Assembly (NCBI GenBank): GCA_044345405.1 | Contig: JBIJBE010000009.1 | Span: 28,773 to 92,772 of the forward strand | DNA: 64,000 nt | Origin: Bdellovibrionota bacterium | GTDB taxonomy: Bacteria > Bdellovibrionota_C > UBA2361 > OMII01 | Direction of reading: 5' to 3' | In this document: piece by piece, positions 1 through 9,871 of the stretch | How the letters are laid out: each line of letters opens with the position of its first letter | Position numbering within the stretch: the first letter of the stretch is position 1 | Made by a program: the position numbers and the translations under genes | The notes under the pieces: model-generated | What the model saw: the letters and a program-made list of their open reading frames with translations, nothing else | Databases searched by the model: none | What the model was told of the DNA's origin: nothing

Positions 1-352
1 CCGCCGAATTAGAAATAAGATCAGATACAAAAGCGATGACCGATCCCCCGTAAAACGTCCGAAGCATCAGCTCCCCGCGAAATTTTCGAATATCCGATCT
101 TCTTAGGGAATACCAATCTGCCAAACGGGTGAATTTCATCTGCTCGCCGAGATAATCGGCAAAAGCAAGCCGATTTGTCCTATCCGCATAGAACTCATCG
201 GGCACATATCGGTGCGTCACTCGGAGTTGATGGATAAATCTTCTTACTTGGCGAGTGGCCTTGCGAGGCTTCCAAACAGCGGATTGGGCTCGCCTGGCAA
301 CCGACGATTGGACTTTTCTTCTCGCTCGAACGCGAGCTCCGGCGCGCTTCAT
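1..352 (-). CDS. Hypothetical helical-repeat protein, 3' part outside the window
   Basis: Not in the ORF track. Manual translation from ATG at 352 (GGAG upstream) stays open to the window edge: ...YVPDEFYADRTNRLAFADYLGEQMKFTRLADWYSLRRSDIRKFRGELMLRTFYGGS..., resembling VP..FW....NR..F.DWL...DWY repeat proteins. Confidence 0.6.
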   Translation of the reverse strand, partial: MKRAGARVRARRKVQSSVARRAQSAVWKPRKATRQVRRFIHQLRVTHRYVPDEFYADRTNRLAFADYLGEQMKFTRLADWYSLRRSDIRKFRGELMLRTFYGGSVIAFVSDLISNSA

Positions 353-661
353 TGTGAACTCGTATCTCCAGGCGATCTTCGACTTAGCTTAAAATGTCAC
401 CAATCGGAAACCGGACACTGTCCAAACCAAGTCTCTCGATGCATTTGTTACACCGCCTGGCCTATTGGTACAACCTACCTCAGGAGACTCCCGCCCCAGC
501 GCATCAGCAAGGGACCCGAGGTTGGAGCTAGTTTCAGGAGCCCTGCGTTAATCCAGAACTTTCGCTGACACAAAAAACATCGGGCACCAGACCCAAGGGG
601 CCGCGAATGGGAGGCCGCTCTCAAATGGCCTGAGTACTCACTTTCCTTACTTCAAATTTAA

Positions 662-2092
662 TTATCCAAGCAGTGCTTTCAGCGCCTTCATTTGACCAGT
701 CGCAACGTCCAGCGCCTTCAGAATTTCCTCGGTGTAATAGTCGGGGGACTTTAATTCCTCTGCGTCAGCTGGATTCAACCAAGTAATATCCAAATTATCA
801 TTACGGCCTGTGATCTCTTGTCTGGAGAAGCACCGGAAACGTCCGGCGATTCCTTGGTCAATGCGCGTAGATGTTCCCGCAGGACTGTCGCCGAAGCAGC
901 TCTCAAATGCGGCAAAATCACGGTCGGATGCTGGATTTCTTTTGCCGAACGCGGGTAAGTTCGTTCGCATGTCATATATCCAGACGCTCTTGGTATTACC
1001 TTCATCGGTATGACCGCGGCTGAAAAAGAGAACATTGATCTTCACTCCTTTTCCTGGGTAAAGACCTTCAGGCAACCTCAGGATCGTATGAAGATTACAT
1101 TTGTTCATCAGCTCCTGTCGGATCTGGTGACCATTATTCCGATCCTCGAACAGAACATTATCGGGAAGAATCACAGCAGCTCGGCCACCGGGTTTGAGCG
1201 ACCGGTAAAAGTGTTGGAGAAAGCAGAGGTGCCTCATATTCGAGGAGTAATTTAAGTCGTCTCTGGTAACCTTTTCACCCCTCTTAAATTTTGCGTAAGG
1301 CGGATTGCAGAGAATGACATCTGCTTGGGAGAGCCCCTTACCAAAACTACTCAGCGAATCCTCGAATAGAATGGAATTCTCAATTCCATTTATCAGGCAA
1401 TTAAGCACCAGGAGAGGATACTTGTCGGGACTTATTTCGACACCTGTAAACGCATGTAGCTTTTGAAACTCTTGAATCTTGGAGGGCACGCTGAAAAGCC
1501 CCTCAGTGTCGTGATGAATCTGTTTCGCAGCCTCGACCAGAAATCCGCCCACGCCACAAGCAGGATCTTGAATTCGCTCGCCTGGCTGAGGTTTGATAAT
1601 CCTCAGGATACTTCGAATGAGTACTCGAGGGGTAAAAAAGTCTTGCGCATCAGTGCTTCGCTCGTTCTCACTCTCCTCGAGGAGTGCTTCGAAGAAACAT
1701 CTGAACTCGGGGTCATCCTTCAACTCGAACCAATCGCAGTGATCGAGCACGGTAACGAGTTTTGTAAGATACTTGGGCTGCTCAATCCTAGATCCCGCCT
1801 TTTGAAAAAAGCTTCTCACTGCGATGGAGGAGCAATTATTTGGAGCCCCACCCTCCGGCGTTCTTTTAAGTTCCGTAAGTAGCTTTAGATACAGGTCAAG
1901 CTGTGCGGTGCCGTCAAGCTTTGTCAGGTCCGACCAGCGAAATTCCTCGGGGACCTCCTGCTTATCGCGACCAGTATCATGGAGAAATTTCAGGAAGAGC
2001 AGGTATGCGAACTCGCTTGCAAACTGAACTGCGCCCACTCCTTGGCTTGAAAGCCTCTCCTTTACGCTCGTGATTTGCTCACTAAAACTCAA
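662..2092 (-). CDS. hsdM: Second type I R-M methyltransferase subunit (HsdM paralogue, NPPY motif)
   Basis: Motifs FFTPR, DPACGVGGFL, NPPY, GRAAVILPDNVLF; collinear with 4761..6227; TTG start with GAGGT upstream. Confidence 0.88.
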   Translation of the reverse strand: MSFSEQITSVKERLSSQGVGAVQFASEFAYLLFLKFLHDTGRDKQEVPEEFRWSDLTKLDGTAQLDLYLKLLTELKRTPEGGAPNNCSSIAVRSFFQKAGSRIEQPKYLTKLVTVLDHCDWFELKDDPEFRCFFEALLEESENERSTDAQDFFTPRVLIRSILRIIKPQPGERIQDPACGVGGFLVEAAKQIHHDTEGLFSVPSKIQEFQKLHAFTGVEISPDKYPLLVLNCLINGIENSILFEDSLSSFGKGLSQADVILCNPPYAKFKRGEKVTRDDLNYSSNMRHLCFLQHFYRSLKPGGRAAVILPDNVLFEDRNNGHQIRQELMNKCNLHTILRLPEGLYPGKGVKINVLFFSRGHTDEGNTKSVWIYDMRTNLPAFGKRNPASDRDFAAFESCFGDSPAGTSTRIDQGIAGRFRCFSRQEITGRNDNLDITWLNPADAEELKSPDYYTEEILKALDVATGQMKALKALLG

Positions 2093-2526
2093 ACGTCCAC
2101 CTCAGAGAATTAAACTCTATTTGGCTGATATTGAGGGCTCGAAAATTGCTAAAGATAAGCTCGCCACCTTGGTTCCCGGGTGTATCGGAGTCCGCCCTCG
2201 CCCCAACCCTAATTATAGAGAGACATGTCAATCTTGTCCCTTATAATGTTATGTAACCTGACAGAGGTTCCGGCCCGCTCAAGGAGGTGACTATTTCACT
2301 CGCTTTCACAGAATAGACTTGTCAGGGCTGGCGATGTGATTATCCAAATCAATGCTATCAGTGAATAGAAGCCCTAGCGAAGATCAAGCAACACAAGCAA
2401 CTTGAGACATCCTGCTTTAAGGGTCAAGCTGATCGCTACCGGCGAATGAGGTAGCGGGAACCAGAACTAGTGGCATATAGCCTTATTACGGGGTGCCTGG
2501 AAATACCAGGAAGCAGTCCAAGCGAG

Positions 2527-3222
2527 CTACGAAAAGGGAGCAAGTGACATGCCTATATCTTTAACGCCGTGAAAGGCATCCTTTAATAATTGTATGGCAG
2601 ACCCGTCAATCCCGTCGAACTGGAAGTCAACCCAAGTAGTCCTTGAGACCCTAAGCTTGGGGTCAGGGCTTGGCATTTGAGTTAAAGGATTGATGGGGAC
2701 TCCCCCAATAAACACGCCGCTTCCAAAGGTAACACTCGCGGGATCCCAGGAAACACAGCCCCCGTCAGCCATGTGCGCCTCCACTCTTGATCCCACCTCC
2801 TCACAAGTTTGAGGAACGAGAGATCCGTGTTTATTGGTGTTGTTAACTTTGTTAAATTTTCCAAGCCACTCATAACCCGGCTGGTAGGGCTGGCATTTTT
2901 CTAGTTCTTGCCAAGCCATGGGTGCTGTCTCCCTGAGGCCCGGGAACCATTTCGTCGTTTTCGACTTAAACTCAGCAGCATTTGGAAAGATTGGAAAGTA
3001 GAACTTTGCTTTTGGGTCGGCCGAGGGACAATTTTTCTCTCTTATCCCACACGCCAGATAATCTAGCACCGACCGCAGGTTCTCATAGTAATTCTTGATG
3101 TCGACACGAAGGGGAGCGACAATTTGCCTCTCTTGAAGAGACGCCTCGTATTCTTTGAGAATTTCTCGGAGCTGCTGCGCAGCCTTTGCAAGGAGCGCTG
3201 CAATATCCTCTTTGCGAGTCAT
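2527..3222 (-). CDS. Hypothetical protein, HEPN-like (NLRSxLDYLA ... NxxKH)
   Basis: 231 aa, 9 bp downstream of hsdS on the same strand; helical N-terminal half with NLRSVLDYLA and NNTNKH. Confidence 0.6.
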   Translation of the reverse strand: MTRKEDIAALLAKAAQQLREILKEYEASLQERQIVAPLRVDIKNYYENLRSVLDYLACGIREKNCPSADPKAKFYFPIFPNAAEFKSKTTKWFPGLRETAPMAWQELEKCQPYQPGYEWLGKFNKVNNTNKHGSLVPQTCEEVGSRVEAHMADGGCVSWDPASVTFGSGVFIGGVPINPLTQMPSPDPKLRVSRTTWVDFQFDGIDGSAIQLLKDAFHGVKDIGMSLAPFS

Positions 3223-3231
3223 GGTTTGTCG

Positions 3232-4764
3232 TCAGGCCTCAACGCTTTTTGTCTTCTGAAGCTTTCCTTTGGTTGTTTTTTTCGCAGGCGCTCCCTGTTC
3301 CTTCTCTGCCTTTATCCTCCCCAACAGCACAGACGCAGGTTCCTCACTTGGATCCTGGGGAACAAGCTCTCCGCGAAAGGCTTTGGCGAGAATGGACTGG
3401 TCTAGGGAATCAATTTGAAGCAGCCTCTCTCCGACAACAGTAGAAATGTTAGCGCAAGTGGAAAGAGTCCGTTCAAGTTTAGCCACTACCTGTTCCTGCT
3501 CTTCGATAGAACATAGGGGGATCATGACATTCGCTATAAGGTCCGTATTTAGATTTGGTTGTGCCGCACCTTGATTGATTGCACGAAGGCTCCTCGTTTT
3601 GCTCATCCAAAAATAGCAATGATACTTCAAGTCTGTCTCTGCAAGCCCTAGGAACGCAGCCACCCCATCATTAAACGTTGTGCCAAAAGTGCAGATCTTG
3701 GGAACTCCGAGTGTCGCACCACTATTAGAAAGCATTAGAGTAGAAGGGGCGACCCAGCGGGTTCTTGATAGGCCGGCCTGCTTGATAGAGGACTTCGCCT
3801 CATCAACATAAATCCCCTGCGAGTTTGTCAAATCTGCAACCTTCAGAAAGGGAATTGGCCCATCGTAATAACGACAATCTCCCGCAGGTCGCGGAGAACC
3901 TCCCCTAACGACATCGCATAGCTGCCCGATAGGTAGCCAACACCACCCCTCCGGAAGCTCCGGCAGCCCCTCCGTATCAACAGCCTCCGGCTCCGTATAT
4001 TTCCTCTTCCACGAATCATCCTTCGGTGGCTTTCCAGCGGCCTGAAACTTTCTGAGCTGCTCCTCTTCCCACTTCTTGCGTCGTTCAACACGGATGCGCT
4101 TCAGAAGCTCACTCGCTGGCTCAATCTTATCCTTATTCTTCTCTCGCCACTCCTTGGTGAGGTCCCCTCGAAACGCAGCAGCCAAGACAGACTGACGGAA
4201 CTTCTCAATAAGAGCAGGAACGGACTCGAGCGCTTCACGTGCGCGCTTGGAGCGGGATTGGAGGTCTTCTATCTTTCTTACGATGCGCTTTTGTTCGGGA
4301 AGAGGAGGAAGCGGAAGACAAACACCGGCTAGCTTTTGCGCGTTAACGTTCTGCATACCGCTGCCAGCTGCTGCGGCACCAATCTGCTGAAGATAACTCC
4401 GACTCTTTAAGAAGTGAGCTATGAGCTTGCTGAGCGGCTTAAATATAGGACGCCCGCGAATCAGATAGGACGCGAAAACAGCATTCGGCGGTTCAAGGAC
4501 CCTCCATGCTTTTTCGATTGAGCCAGACCGCGCAAATACGATGTCATCTTCGGCCAGAAGATACTTCTGTAGGTCCTCATTTGAAATAGTGCAGGTAGGG
4601 ACTTTATCCCATTCAACTCCAGCTTCCCCAAGATCCGTTATTCGGAGAAATCGTGGTCCTGCTGCATTGGGTTCTGCCTTGGCGGTATATCCATACTGCA
4701 ATCGATCCAACAGTTCTCCAAGCGTAGCTAATGCCCAACCTGCTGGTAGCTTATCTTCACTCAT
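3232..4764 (-). CDS. hsdS: Type I R-M specificity subunit
   Basis: LPAGW start, two TRDs, PLPPLPEQKRIV and QSILAKAFRGEL conserved spacers; ATGA overlap with hsdM. Confidence 0.95.
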   Translation of the reverse strand: MSEDKLPAGWALATLGELLDRLQYGYTAKAEPNAAGPRFLRITDLGEAGVEWDKVPTCTISNEDLQKYLLAEDDIVFARSGSIEKAWRVLEPPNAVFASYLIRGRPIFKPLSKLIAHFLKSRSYLQQIGAAAAGSGMQNVNAQKLAGVCLPLPPLPEQKRIVRKIEDLQSRSKRAREALESVPALIEKFRQSVLAAAFRGDLTKEWREKNKDKIEPASELLKRIRVERRKKWEEEQLRKFQAAGKPPKDDSWKRKYTEPEAVDTEGLPELPEGWCWLPIGQLCDVVRGGSPRPAGDCRYYDGPIPFLKVADLTNSQGIYVDEAKSSIKQAGLSRTRWVAPSTLMLSNSGATLGVPKICTFGTTFNDGVAAFLGLAETDLKYHCYFWMSKTRSLRAINQGAAQPNLNTDLIANVMIPLCSIEEQEQVVAKLERTLSTCANISTVVGERLLQIDSLDQSILAKAFRGELVPQDPSEEPASVLLGRIKAEKEQGAPAKKTTKGKLQKTKSVEA

Positions 4765-6227
4765 GCCGCCTCTTCCGCAACCTGCTCATTAACCTCTAAG
4801 AGCGAAGTCAGCTCCTCCATCTCCTCAAGCGCTGTCTTGAGCGCTAGCGTAATCTCCGCGGCGACCACCTCCGGCTCCGGCAAATCCTCAACTCGCGAAA
4901 CACTCTCATCATGAAGCCAGCTAATATCAAGATTATCCCCACGCTTCGTTATCTCATCACGGGAGAAGACCCGGAACCTTCCTTCCTCACCCTGGTCGAC
5001 ACGCTTCGATTGGCCATTAGGATCGTCACCGAAACATTTTTCAAAGTCGACGAACGCAGCGCGGGTAAACGGAGTACGCTTGCCATAAGCAGGCATATTC
5101 GTTCGCATATCATAGACCCACACTTCTTTGGTGTTGCCGTTGTCGGATTGTCCTCGGGTGAAGAACAGAACGTTTGTCTTAACCCCCTGAGCATAGAAAA
5201 TGCCAGTGGGGAGTCTCAGGATTGTGTGGAGGTTACACTTGTCCATGAGGTCGCGGCGAATATCGCGGCCGGTATTGTCTTCAAACAATACGTTATCCGG
5301 CAAGACTACGGCCGCCCGACCGTTAGGCTTTAGCCCTCGATAGATGTGTTGGAGGAATGCGAGCTGTTTATTGCTCGTGGGATACGTAAAATCACTTCGC
5401 GTTGGCTGTTCACCACCCTTCTTCGTTCCGAACGGGGGATTCGCAAGAATCACATCAGCTTTGGGAAGGTTCGTTCCAAACGGAGAGAGCGCGTCCTCGT
5501 AATAGATGGGGCTCTCAATTCCGTGCAGCATCGCATTCATGAGCGCTAAGCGGTGCACATCTTGCCCCAGCTCTACTCCGATGAAGGCCTGCGTTCTCTG
5601 AAACACCTGCTTCGCCTCGGGCAGATCAAAGAGATCGTCGGTGTGTTTCTTGATGTACCGATCTGCGGAAATCAAAAATCCTGCAGTTCCAAGCGCGGGG
5701 TCTTGTACGATCTCGCCGGCTTGAGGCTTCACGAGCTCGACCATTGAATCGATCAGAGGGCGCGGAGTGAAGTACTGTCCTGCCCCGCTTTTCTTCTCGC
5801 TCGCATTCTTCTCAAGTAAACCCTCATAGAGGTCACCGAGACCTTCGGACTTGGCGGAGTACCAGTCCAGTTTGTCGATCTCTGACACCAACTTGGCAAG
5901 GTTCTTGGGGTGTTTTAGAGCGGTCGAGGAATCCGCAAAGATCTGCCGAATACGCGCTGGGATGAATATCTTTCCTGTAGTGTCTTCTGTGCCAAGGGTA
6001 AGGAGAAGCTTCTTGTAATGAGTAAGCTGCTCAGTTCCGTCCCGAGAGGTTAGATCTTTCCAGCGGTAGCCTTCAGGAAGCTGCCCCTCCTCCCGCCCGG
6101 TTTCCTGCAGCATCTTAAGGAACAAGAGATAGGTGAGCTCAGTCACATATTCGTGGTACGTGACACCATCATCCCGAAGAACATGACAAAGATTCCAAAG
6201 CTTTTGAACGATATCTAAGGTCGACAT
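4761..6227 (-). CDS. hsdM: Type I R-M m6A methyltransferase subunit (EcoKI-like)
   Basis: KLWNLCHVLRDDG N-terminus, GAGQYFTPR, DPALGTAGFL, NPPF. Confidence 0.96.
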   Translation of the reverse strand: MSTLDIVQKLWNLCHVLRDDGVTYHEYVTELTYLLFLKMLQETGREEGQLPEGYRWKDLTSRDGTEQLTHYKKLLLTLGTEDTTGKIFIPARIRQIFADSSTALKHPKNLAKLVSEIDKLDWYSAKSEGLGDLYEGLLEKNASEKKSGAGQYFTPRPLIDSMVELVKPQAGEIVQDPALGTAGFLISADRYIKKHTDDLFDLPEAKQVFQRTQAFIGVELGQDVHRLALMNAMLHGIESPIYYEDALSPFGTNLPKADVILANPPFGTKKGGEQPTRSDFTYPTSNKQLAFLQHIYRGLKPNGRAAVVLPDNVLFEDNTGRDIRRDLMDKCNLHTILRLPTGIFYAQGVKTNVLFFTRGQSDNGNTKEVWVYDMRTNMPAYGKRTPFTRAAFVDFEKCFGDDPNGQSKRVDQGEEGRFRVFSRDEITKRGDNLDISWLHDESVSRVEDLPEPEVVAAEITLALKTALEEMEELTSLLEVNEQVAEEAA

Positions 6228-9200
6228 TTACGCTACATCCTTCCAAATCTCGTCGTGTATCTCACTAAGGACCTGCTCTGCTTGGCCGGCAAAGATCTTA
6301 TTTATCCGCGCAAAGCCACCCTCGGTCTGAAACTGTCCACCGTTGAGCGCCTCTCCGTCCAAGATAACCTCTAATCGGAGCTGCTTTTCGAAACGCTTGA
6401 GCCAACCCAGCTGGGCACCGGTCCAAGCCCGAGAACTATAGATCTTTTGCATGGCTCTGGCGACCCTTTGCTCGTACGGAATAAGGGGCGAGCCAAGCGC
6501 GGCGCAGCGAATGTAACCAATAATCGAAGCTGCCGTTTGGTGGGCGGTTTCTTGGTATGCAGAGTCCAGGGATTTTTCGGGGAATCCGGCTCGGTCTAGT
6601 ATAAATTTAAGTTCTCGGAGGTCTTTCCGAGTGAGCTTGCTGGGCCTTGTGGTAACTACCATGAGAGCCGAAATCTTATTCTTGTTCTCATTCAGATAGT
6701 TCTTGAATGCCGTAAGGTAGTCCTCCGGCCTGTCGAAATCCCCGTATCCCCGCTCGATCCCGATAAATACATCCGGATGGTGCGAGACTAGGCGGGGCTT
6801 ACCGTCTGACTCCTCACGGCTATCCAGAATACTCGCGACTCTCGCCCCCTTGTCTTTGAAGTAATCTTTGGTGGCTTGAGGGCCCAACGTACGCACGTGA
6901 GCTGCCAGGTCCTTAACGGAGACACCAGTCACTGCCTCAAGTTCACCGGCGCGCTCGGGAGAGATGCGCTTCAAGCGACGGTTTAGCTTGGCTACTAACT
7001 GTTCGTAGACCTCCTGGCGCTCTTCTGCAGTTCCGACGTGATCAAGCTCCCCAAGAAGGGTTTCAAATGAAATCTTTGGCTGCGCTACTACGGGACGCAT
7101 CGTATTCCACTCTTGAATTGCGGAATATAAATCCACAGCGTCAAATATCTTAAACGCATCCTTATCCTGTCCAGAACCGAAGAGATCGGGGCGCTTACGC
7201 GTGGCCCGGCCTAGCATCTGCTCGTAGAGGATACGGCTGCGCACCCGTCGTATGAATACCAGGTTCACTATTGCCGGAACGTCAACGCCCGTCGTCAGGT
7301 AGTCGACTGTTACAGCAACTGAAGGGAACTTGTCGTTCTTATATTTCTTTAAAAGCTCTTTGGGACGGTCAGTCTTGGGTTCCCCGGTTATCTTAACAAC
7401 AGCATTATCCTGAATTTCGCCGTACACCTCTTGAAAGGTCTCTTTGAGAAGCCGAACAACCATGTCCGCGTGGAGGTCATCTACACAATATATAAGAGTC
7501 TTTCCCGGGCTGAGGGGATCAATCTCCGTCGCCAGCGCTGAGCAAACGGCTCGATTAAAGGACTCAGTAATGACGCTTCGATTGAAGTCCTCGATCTCTA
7601 GATTTATCTCGTCAGGGGTATCAAAGAGATCAATCTCACCAGTCCTAGGCTGATACACCTCGATTCGCTCCCCTACCTGCCAAGTAATACCGTCTTCTCC
7701 GAGCTGCGTGAGAATTCGGTAGGGCGGAAGGTGATCCACTAAGATATCGTCAATAACAGCTTCACGGTACGAGTAGACATGGACTGGAGCTCCAAAGATC
7801 TGCTTGGTGTGAGGAGCGGGTGTTGCGGTTACCCCGACTTTTACGGCGTCAAAATACTCGACGACCCGCCGATACTTAGAGAGGTACTCCTCTTCGCTGC
7901 GGAAATTAAGCTCATTGTCACTGAGGTCCTTGTCCAGCGTATACCCTCGATGACACTCGTCAATCACGATGAGGTCGTAGGTGTCCACCGACGGCGGAGG
8001 GGCATCATCGTTCGGATACAGGACTCGCTTCATCATCCCCTGAACGGTCGAGACGTGGAGTTTAGTATCTGTCTCCGGCCGAATGTCTTTAAGCTCTTTG
8101 ACCTCATAGATGTCAGCGAACGATCTGCCTCCCTCAAGCTTAATATGCTTAAAGTTCTCATCAAGCGCTTGATCCCCAAGCGCTGTTCGATCGACCAAAA
8201 AGAGCACCCTCCGGAACTTCTTTGCCTTTAGAAGGCGATAGATAAGACACACGCATACGCGGGTTTTGCCGGTACCAGTAGCCATAGCCACCAGCGCTGT
8301 TCGACGTCCCGAGGCTATCGCGTCCTCTACTTTTAAAACCGCCTCTCGCTGATAGGAATGAAGTGGAAGATAGTCCAACGACTCTGCCTTCAGAGCAGCC
8401 TGGGCACGGTCTTCGTCCTGTTTGAGCAGATGCTTGAGTCCCTCTGGGGAATACCAAGAGGAGAGCGGGCGAGAAAGATTCACGGGACGTCGTGCATCGC
8501 GAAACCAAATACCACTCTCCTCTCTGATTTGCTCCAGGTAGGGTCGTCCATTGGCTGAGAAAAGAAAGGGCACTCGGAAACCGCCCCAATCACTTTCATG
8601 TGAATGCGCTGCGCCCTCCCTCAGAAACCCCTGGCTGTATCTGGTTGCCTGGGTTCCGATATACGAGGAGACATTCCTATTCCTTCGCTTAGCCTCAACC
8701 ACTGCCAGCGGCAGGAGGCCGTCAAAAAGAACATAATCCGCGGGGCCCGATTCTGTGGGCCACTCCGCAATTGCCAAGAACTTACCTTTTTGTGGCCGGG
8801 CGCCCTTTCGGTAATCCAGCCGTTGAGTATCAGCCTCCCAACCTGCGTCGCGCAGCTGTTTATCGATGATCTTTCTGGTGTCTGCTTCGGAGAGATCTAA
8901 CTCGCGGGAGGCTTTCTCTGCCCGCTGGATGAGAGTAACAATCTCTTCGTCTGTCTTCTCGTCCGTCGCATTCTTTAATTCGGAGAGACGCTGATTGAGA
9001 GCCTCCTTCTCTTCCCGATCCCTGGTAGCTCGAGATTCTGCCTCCTCGGCAAGGGATAGTAGGGCTTCGTTATCCGCGTATGCCTTGAGAGCCTTTTCTT
9101 CGTAGTCTTTCGCTATGAGCTTAGCCGCCTCTAGCTCGGCGAGCTTCTCGTGCATCTCCCGCCTAACGGCTTCTAGCTCCGTAGTCAGGTCAGCGGTCGC

Positions 9201-9638
9201 ATCCTTGGGCGCCTGAGGAGGAACGAAGGGCCCTGGCTTAAAGCCAGGATCGCGACCAAAGGAACGGTGAAACCAGACGGCAAGCGAGCGACTATATTTC
9301 AGCGCAGTGAGAGCCTCAGCTTGGGAGAATTGCCTTTCGTTATGGGCGGCAGCATTGGCATCCTTTCGAATGGTGTGCCAAAGGTCTGCCAGGTCTTGAG
9401 CTATGACTCCTTCACTCCGGAACGTGCTGATAAGCTCGGCCAAAGTAGTTCCTTCGTAGTTCGGTATCCCGGTATAGGTGGCGGTGAGGTTAGCTATGCC
9501 TTCAATCAGTTGCCGAATCTTAATAAGCGCGGTGTCTGGATCCTCAAACACGAATCGCTCGGCCAAGGCGCCGTAACGAGCGAGTAGAGGTTCGCGCTTC
9601 TGCAGAAATCCAAAGTTGATTGATACAAGAGTTTTCAT
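6228..9638 (-). CDS. hsdR: Type I R-M restriction subunit R (EcoKI-like)
   Basis: ADYVLF..VVEAK nuclease motif, MATGTGKT, DECH, TATP, QMLGRATR helicase motifs; stop codon abuts the hsdM start. Confidence 0.96.
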   Translation of the reverse strand: MKTLVSINFGFLQKREPLLARYGALAERFVFEDPDTALIKIRQLIEGIANLTATYTGIPNYEGTTLAELISTFRSEGVIAQDLADLWHTIRKDANAAAHNERQFSQAEALTALKYSRSLAVWFHRSFGRDPGFKPGPFVPPQAPKDATADLTTELEAVRREMHEKLAELEAAKLIAKDYEEKALKAYADNEALLSLAEEAESRATRDREEKEALNQRLSELKNATDEKTDEEIVTLIQRAEKASRELDLSEADTRKIIDKQLRDAGWEADTQRLDYRKGARPQKGKFLAIAEWPTESGPADYVLFDGLLPLAVVEAKRRNRNVSSYIGTQATRYSQGFLREGAAHSHESDWGGFRVPFLFSANGRPYLEQIREESGIWFRDARRPVNLSRPLSSWYSPEGLKHLLKQDEDRAQAALKAESLDYLPLHSYQREAVLKVEDAIASGRRTALVAMATGTGKTRVCVCLIYRLLKAKKFRRVLFLVDRTALGDQALDENFKHIKLEGGRSFADIYEVKELKDIRPETDTKLHVSTVQGMMKRVLYPNDDAPPPSVDTYDLIVIDECHRGYTLDKDLSDNELNFRSEEEYLSKYRRVVEYFDAVKVGVTATPAPHTKQIFGAPVHVYSYREAVIDDILVDHLPPYRILTQLGEDGITWQVGERIEVYQPRTGEIDLFDTPDEINLEIEDFNRSVITESFNRAVCSALATEIDPLSPGKTLIYCVDDLHADMVVRLLKETFQEVYGEIQDNAVVKITGEPKTDRPKELLKKYKNDKFPSVAVTVDYLTTGVDVPAIVNLVFIRRVRSRILYEQMLGRATRKRPDLFGSGQDKDAFKIFDAVDLYSAIQEWNTMRPVVAQPKISFETLLGELDHVGTAEERQEVYEQLVAKLNRRLKRISPERAGELEAVTGVSVKDLAAHVRTLGPQATKDYFKDKGARVASILDSREESDGKPRLVSHHPDVFIGIERGYGDFDRPEDYLTAFKNYLNENKNKISALMVVTTRPSKLTRKDLRELKFILDRAGFPEKSLDSAYQETAHQTAASIIGYIRCAALGSPLIPYEQRVARAMQKIYSSRAWTGAQLGWLKRFEKQLRLEVILDGEALNGGQFQTEGGFARINKIFAGQAEQVLSEIHDEIWKDVA

Positions 9639-9871
9639 GGTGTATTCCCACGCCCCTTTATTGGACTCTAAACGCCGTTCTCTGAATATACCCAGGCGAG
9701 CTCTTCACCGGCAAGGTCTTTAGGGGCCGTCGGACCCATGTTGATGCAGACTCCTGTGTGAAGTGGGGTATCCCGTGCAGGACCCAAAACCCGCACTGGC
9801 GCTTGAATAAGCAGGCGGTCAGTTTTTTTTTAGCGTTCATAAAATCGATCCTGAGTAACTTAAAGTATCTA

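Noticed and set aside
212-568. 118-aa plus-strand ORF
   Set aside because: No recognisable motif, and it overlaps the better-supported minus-strand ORF starting at 352.
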